Origin: Escherichia phage vB_Eco_mar001J1
Sequence record: NC_048204.1
Length of the DNA: 50,343 nt
Strand: one strand, 5' to 3'
Made by a program: the position numbers and the translations under genes. The notes under the pieces are model-generated. The model ran no database searches. It saw nothing but the letters and a program-made list of their open reading frames with translations, and had not been told where the DNA came from. Below, piece after piece: positions 45,891 to 50,343 of this stretch (positions are counted from its first letter, which is position 1; each line of letters starts with the position of its first letter).

Positions 45891-45936
45891 TAAATTGATG
45901 GGCGCTAATGCGCGCCCTTAAATATAGGAATGAACG

Positions 45937-46047
45937 ATGAATAAAATTACTTATATTACTCTTTCTGTTGTTGTTTTTATGCTTGGAGTCACTATTGCGG
46001 CGTCATGTGTGGCATTAATTTATATTATGTTTAAGGTGATGATCTGA
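45937..46047 (+). CDS. Small membrane peptide (36 aa, below the ORF-track cutoff)
   Basis: Manual translation MNKITYITLSVVVFMLGVTIAASCVALIYIMFKVMI; AGGAATGA RBS. Confidence 0.4.
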   Translation: MNKITYITLSVVVFMLGVTIAASCVALIYIMFKVMI

Positions 46048-46271
46048 TGAGTCAAGACGGTTTTTTTGAGCGCCTTCAAATGGCAGAAGATTCCGGACTA
46101 AATAAAGAGGCGGCGCTTGAAGTTGCATATAAAATTAAGACTCTTGATGAGGCTTTAGGTGATATGGATATGGATCTTGAATCAAGCGCAATATTTGCAG
46201 ATCCCACTATGATTGTTAATGATTGTGGATGCGATTTCGATCCTGGTTGTCCGCGCTGTTTTCCGTTTTGA
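46047..46271 (+). CDS. Acidic protein with C-terminal Cys cluster (CGCDFDPGCPRC)
   Basis: Track ORF; directly upstream of the methyltransferase-like gene. Confidence 0.5.
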   Translation: MSQDGFFERLQMAEDSGLNKEAALEVAYKIKTLDEALGDMDMDLESSAIFADPTMIVNDCGCDFDPGCPRCFPF

Positions 46272-46281
46272 GGTAATGACG

Positions 46282-46992
46282 ATGTATAAAGGTTTAATAT
46301 TCTCACTATTTGATGGATCTGGTAAGGCCGTTAAAGACTGGGCTGATAATGGCTATAAGTGCATTTGCTTTAATGCTGACGGTGGCGATCACGGTGATTA
46401 CCAGTCAGTGCGCATACAGCATGAGAATATCGAATACGTTAACGTCTGGATTGATGATGCTTTTTATGTTAAGGCAATCAATAATGAGTGGGGCAATCCT
46501 GATTTTATTATGGCCTTCCCACCATGCACCGACCTTGCAAATAGCGGATCTCGCCATTGGGCCAAAAAACGCCTTGAGAATCCATCGTTCCAGGATGAGG
46601 CCGCCGACACTTGCAGAATAGCGGCTGATATAGGTGATTATTTCGGTGTTCCTTACATGATCGAAAATCCGGTTGGCAAGTTGTCAACGTTATGGCGTAA
46701 GCCTAATTATACGTTCCATCCGTGCGATTACGCTGGCTATCTGCCGGAAGATGATAAACACCCCGACTTCCCTGATATTATTCCGGCGCGGGATCGCTAC
46801 TTTAAGAAAACGTGTCTCTGGACTGGCAACGGCTTTGTTATTCCTCCACGCGCTTTAATCCTGCCGAAAGAGGAAGACAAAGATAATCCAGGCTGGGCCA
46901 AAACTGGCGGCAAGTCATCGCGCACAAAGATGATCCGCTCCCTCACTCCGCGCGGCTTTGCTCGCGCCGTCTTTGAGTCAAACTCAAAATAG
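46282..46992 (+). CDS. DNA cytosine-C5 methyltransferase-like protein, unusually short with PCT in place of PCQ
   Basis: Motif I LFDGSG, motif IV AFPPCTDLA, motif VI ENPVGK; only 236 aa, no obvious target-recognition domain. Confidence 0.55.
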   Translation: MYKGLIFSLFDGSGKAVKDWADNGYKCICFNADGGDHGDYQSVRIQHENIEYVNVWIDDAFYVKAINNEWGNPDFIMAFPPCTDLANSGSRHWAKKRLENPSFQDEAADTCRIAADIGDYFGVPYMIENPVGKLSTLWRKPNYTFHPCDYAGYLPEDDKHPDFPDIIPARDRYFKKTCLWTGNGFVIPPRALILPKEEDKDNPGWAKTGGKSSRTKMIRSLTPRGFARAVFESNSK

Positions 46993-47032
46993 CACTTTTT
47001 GTTAAAAGCCAGGTGTAAAAACCTGGCATAAT
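46989..47032 (+). promoter_or_regulatory. Cassette promoter candidate (20-mer, hairpin CCAGGTGTAAAAACCTGG, CATAAT, CCGAAACGAAAGGAG leader)
   Basis: 22-bp spacing; overlaps TAG stop of the methyltransferase-like gene. Confidence 0.55.
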
Positions 47033-47063
47033 CACTTCACCGAAACGAAAGGAGAAATAAACG

Positions 47064-47291
47064 ATGACAAAGAAGAGAACAATAAAATGCACAAAAGTTT
47101 ACCACCACATGAACAGCGTAAAGCCAGGTCAGCATTTTAAGGAAGGGAAACGCTATGAGATAATTATGGGAAGGGTTTTAGGCGCTGTAGCTGGTTACGT
47201 TGTTGATGCTCAAGGTGAGCAATGGACTCTTGAAAGACGCGAGGTGGGATTTAAATGTGCAATAGCGGAATTTCAAGGCAAGTACTTCTAA
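47064..47291 (+). CDS. Hypothetical protein (75 aa)
   Basis: AAGGAGA RBS. Confidence 0.55.
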   Translation: MTKKRTIKCTKVYHHMNSVKPGQHFKEGKRYEIIMGRVLGAVAGYVVDAQGEQWTLERREVGFKCAIAEFQGKYF

Positions 47292-47776
47292 ATTTATTTA
47301 TATATGAAAATGGTCGTCTATTATGGAAAAGCCCATCAGGAAGACGGGCAAAAATTGGCGATGAGGCAGGTTATATAACTAAAAACGGATATAGACGTAT
47401 AGGTATTGGTGGCAGAGAGTATCCGGCGCATTGGATTGTTTGGTGGATGCATGGAAAAACAATACCAAAAGGAATGGAGATAGATCACGTGAATCACATA
47501 AGAGATGACAATAGAATCGAAAACCTCCGGCTTGTCACAAGAAAACAAAACTCACAAAACCACACAAGGAGATCGACAAATAAATCTGGTTATACTGGCG
47601 TGATGTGGAATAAGAGGGTGTCTAAATGGTGCGTACAAGTAACTGTTGATGGCAGGTGTATTTCTGGTGGTTATCATGCATCAATTGATAGCGCTGTATC
47701 ATCAAGAGATGCTATTTGGAAAAAGTACGGATTCCACGAAAACCACGGAAGCGAGAAGCCTTATGATCAAGACTGA
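47255..47776 (+). CDS. HNH-AP2 homing endonuclease
   Basis: MEIDHVNHIRDDNRIENLR HNH motif; SGYTGV...W AP2-like segment. Confidence 0.75.
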   Translation: MCNSGISRQVLLNLFIYENGRLLWKSPSGRRAKIGDEAGYITKNGYRRIGIGGREYPAHWIVWWMHGKTIPKGMEIDHVNHIRDDNRIENLRLVTRKQNSQNHTRRSTNKSGYTGVMWNKRVSKWCVQVTVDGRCISGGYHASIDSAVSSRDAIWKKYGFHENHGSEKPYDQD

Positions 47777-47984
47777 ATATCGCTATAAGGTTACTAATTC
47801 AGCAACAAAAACCTTCAAGCCTGGCGATATAGTCAGGCCCATCAAAAAAACTGCGGTAGGTTGGCTGATTGGTTTTTCATATCATAAGGCGCTTTACTTT
47901 ACGTTTAAGGATGGGATTGCAGGAGAATGCTACAGCGACAGCCAGCCTGATCGACTTCTGGTTGCAATAGAGCGGATCAAATAG
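47763..47984 (+). CDS. Hypothetical protein (73 aa)
   Basis: Start at MIKTEYRYK overlapping the HNH gene stop. Confidence 0.45.
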   Translation: MIKTEYRYKVTNSATKTFKPGDIVRPIKKTAVGWLIGFSYHKALYFTFKDGIAGECYSDSQPDRLLVAIERIK

Positions 47985-48024
47985 CACTTTTTGACAAAAC
48001 GGGGTAGTATTGGGCAGTTAAAAT
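47981..48024 (+). promoter_or_regulatory. Cassette promoter variant (ATAGCACTTTTTGACAAAAC, TAAAAT)
   Basis: TTGACA replaces TTGTTA; same 22-bp spacing. Confidence 0.5.
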
Positions 48025-48052
48025 TTACGGCCCACAAAGGAGAAGCTAACGA

Positions 48053-49633
48053 ATGTTTTCATTAGAAACGAACAAATTAACTCCACAGCAAATAATCGCT
48101 ATGGCTGAAAGCCAGAACCTTTCGCCAGTTCGCGTATCAATTCAGGCTAACGGCTATCGCCAGTCGTCAAGCTTTTGGGGCGACGTGAAGGATGTAAATA
48201 GCGGTCACGATCGCTACCCCGTAATTTCTCTTGGTAATGATATTGATGTTGTCGGCAAGTTATCACGCAGTATTGCGCGATCAGTTCAATTCCCTGAATC
48301 ATCGGCTTACATGCACTTTATCGGCTGCATTTCTGCCTCTATGCTTGGACGCTTTACAGTTGACTATCACGGAACCGATCAGCCGACTGCGCTTTACGTC
48401 GTTACAAGCCAGCCGCCGTCAACTGGTAAATCTGCGATCAACAGTATGGCTATTGCTCCGATGATTGCGGAAGTTGAGAAGATCAACGAGCAACGCCGCA
48501 AGGAAAGAAAGAAAATACAGGCAAAGTTGGCAGGTCTTGCAAAGGAGATGAAAAGCGAAAGATCAGGCGCTGATATGGAATCTCTATACCAGGAAAAAGA
48601 GGATCTGGAGGAGAAGCTGGAAAAGATGTGTGATATAACTTTCCCTGTTTCAGATACCACTCCAGAAGGATTGGCGAAAATCAACAACAAGCAAGGTAAC
48701 TTTGCCGTAATATCTGACGAAGCAACAAGTATTAACAGCCTGTTAGGCTTGACCTATGCCAATAGCGAAAGGAAGACTAACAGCGAGCTAGTGCTTAAGG
48801 CGTGGGATAATGGTCACGTATCAATTGCCCGTGCTAATGCTGACAATAACATGAGTTTTCGCGCGCTTGGATGTATGAGCGTTATAGCCCAGGATGAAAC
48901 GATAAGCGGAATCATGGACGCTGGATCGCGCGGTATCGGTGTGAGTGAGCGCTTTTTGTTGGTCCGCGAAGAATCATTCTTAGGCCGTCGCTCATTCATT
49001 GATGAAAATGGTGATTCTACCTATGAGGCGGTGGATTCTGAATTGAAAGCCCAATATTATCAATTGGTGCATAACATCATGAGCGAATCAAATATATCGC
49101 TGAAAATAAGCCGTTCAGCTATGCGAGTGCTCAACATTGCTCGTCAGGATATGGAACCGCATCTTGCAGACGGCGGAAAGTATTCTCATACAATGTTGCG
49201 CGGTGCGCTGGGTAAAATGGATAAACAGGTGATCAGGCTTGCTTCCGTCCTGCATGTTATCCGTAACTGGTTTAATCCTGCCGGATACCCGCAGAAGTCG
49301 AAAGAGATCGGCGTGGAAACAATGCAAGAGGCGTTGATAATGTTTCAGGAATTGAGCAAAACATACATTAGCGCCGCCAATGCTTCTGGTTATGCTGGTG
49401 ATGATGCTGAAATGGGTAAATTGATTGAATTGATCACGAGGCACGGCAAGGCTAACAAAGGGATCCTGAATATTCGCGCCCTGTACGAATCAGCGAGAAA
49501 GGTAAAACCTTTCGTTGGTCAGGCTGGCGTAATGAAGAGGATAGAAGGGCACTTGCTGCCAATGCTGGAAGAAAGAAATTATGTTTGTGTGATTAATGGT
49601 GTTATTTTTGTCAATCCAATACTGCTGGGATGA
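48053..49633 (+). CDS. P-loop NTPase of unknown role (possibly replication-associated)
   Basis: Walker A-like SQPPSTGKSA and Walker B-like AVISDEAT; 526 aa; central coiled-coil. Confidence 0.4.
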   Translation: MFSLETNKLTPQQIIAMAESQNLSPVRVSIQANGYRQSSSFWGDVKDVNSGHDRYPVISLGNDIDVVGKLSRSIARSVQFPESSAYMHFIGCISASMLGRFTVDYHGTDQPTALYVVTSQPPSTGKSAINSMAIAPMIAEVEKINEQRRKERKKIQAKLAGLAKEMKSERSGADMESLYQEKEDLEEKLEKMCDITFPVSDTTPEGLAKINNKQGNFAVISDEATSINSLLGLTYANSERKTNSELVLKAWDNGHVSIARANADNNMSFRALGCMSVIAQDETISGIMDAGSRGIGVSERFLLVREESFLGRRSFIDENGDSTYEAVDSELKAQYYQLVHNIMSESNISLKISRSAMRVLNIARQDMEPHLADGGKYSHTMLRGALGKMDKQVIRLASVLHVIRNWFNPAGYPQKSKEIGVETMQEALIMFQELSKTYISAANASGYAGDDAEMGKLIELITRHGKANKGILNIRALYESARKVKPFVGQAGVMKRIEGHLLPMLEERNYVCVINGVIFVNPILLG

Positions 49634-50025
49634 TTATGTTTTTGCTTGATCTGTATAAATGGTGTGAGTCATACGACTGGTTTAACAGGCAGCACATAGC
49701 CAAATTTATCTATAAGCATAGAGAATGTGAGCGGCTCGCACGGGCCGCCGGACTTACGCCGCGAATGTTCGCCAGCCTTACATCTAAGGAATTTTGCGCA
49801 AGAATGATGACGGCTGGCTATATAGATGGGGTCTGCGGTAAATACTGGTCCAAAGGATCGTCAAAGCGGCCTTTCGGATTCGAGTTGTATAGCTTGGATG
49901 GTATGCGCAACGACTGGATCAGGGATATGGCTAGAATAGGGGAGATGGGCGATGATGAATTGTTCCAGGCAAAAGCTAATAGACAAGTTCTTGAAGCACT
50001 GCGCCGTAAATTCAATATCACATGA
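49630..50025 (+). CDS. Hypothetical protein (131 aa)
   Basis: ATGA overlap with upstream gene. Confidence 0.5.
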   Translation: MIMFLLDLYKWCESYDWFNRQHIAKFIYKHRECERLARAAGLTPRMFASLTSKEFCARMMTAGYIDGVCGKYWSKGSSKRPFGFELYSLDGMRNDWIRDMARIGEMGDDELFQAKANRQVLEALRRKFNIT

Positions 50026-50146
50026 GGATTTTATTCATGCTTTACTTACGCTACTTTATTCAGATATGCGCGCTTTTAGCACCACTGAACATGTTTTATG
50101 CAATGATGATGGTGTATTACTGGTTACGGTAAAGCGTATGGAATAG
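49952..50146 (+). CDS. Hypothetical protein (64 aa) overlapping the preceding gene in another frame
   Basis: TAG stop is embedded in the cassette 20-mer like other cassette-preceding genes. Confidence 0.4.
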   Translation: MMNCSRQKLIDKFLKHCAVNSISHEDFIHALLTLLYSDMRAFSTTEHVLCNDDGVLLVTVKRME

Positions 50147-50186
50147 CATTTTTTGTTAAAACGCCCGGCCTAGTGTCGGGTATATT
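50143..50186 (+). promoter_or_regulatory. Cassette promoter candidate (20-mer, hairpin GCCCGGCCTAGTGTCGGG, TATATT, TCGAAACGAAAC leader)
   Basis: Drives the gene at 7..231 across the circular junction; near-identical to the inverted copy at 3627-3670. Confidence 0.55.
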
Positions 50187-50343
50187 TGTTTCATCGAAAC
50201 GAAACAACCAAAAGGTAAAATTATGTCCAGCAAGTTTTTAGTAGTTCGCGTATATAATCATGACAACGAATCTTCTTCTGAAATCCCGACAATTTATGAC
50301 AGGGATTTTGGATGGAGTGAGCAATCGGCTGTTGAAAATGAGC

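Overview
This window is a complete, circularly permuted genome of a T1-like siphovirus of an enterobacterium (Drexlerviridae-type architecture); the first 127 bp recur at 50217-50343, so the unit length is about 50,216 bp. Modules identified: a lysis cassette (pinholin, SAR endolysin, unimolecular spanin), a replication/recombination set (Dam methyltransferase, VRR-NUC nuclease, SF2 helicase, primase-like protein, SSB, Erf annealing protein, PD-(D/E)XK exonuclease), a lambda-like tail operon (J, I, K, L, M, tape measure, G/GT with a -1 frameshift site, tail tube), a head operon (capsid, two gpD-like decoration paralogues, scaffold/protease candidate, portal, large and small terminase), four free-standing HNH-AP2 homing endonucleases, and two blocks of small early genes of unknown function. 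The most striking non-coding feature is a 20-bp element (consensus ATAGCACTTTTTGTTAAAAC) present in 14 sense-oriented intergenic copies, each overlapping the stop codon of the upstream gene and followed after a fixed 17-18 bp gap by a TAnnnT hexamer and a conserved CA/TCGAAACGA leader; this looks like a phage-specific promoter class without a canonical -35. Three further copies are inverted in front of late genes, and two homologous ~300-bp divergent control regions each carry a near-consensus sigma70 promoter. All calls rest on reading the sequence and ORF track by eye; no database search or motif program was run.
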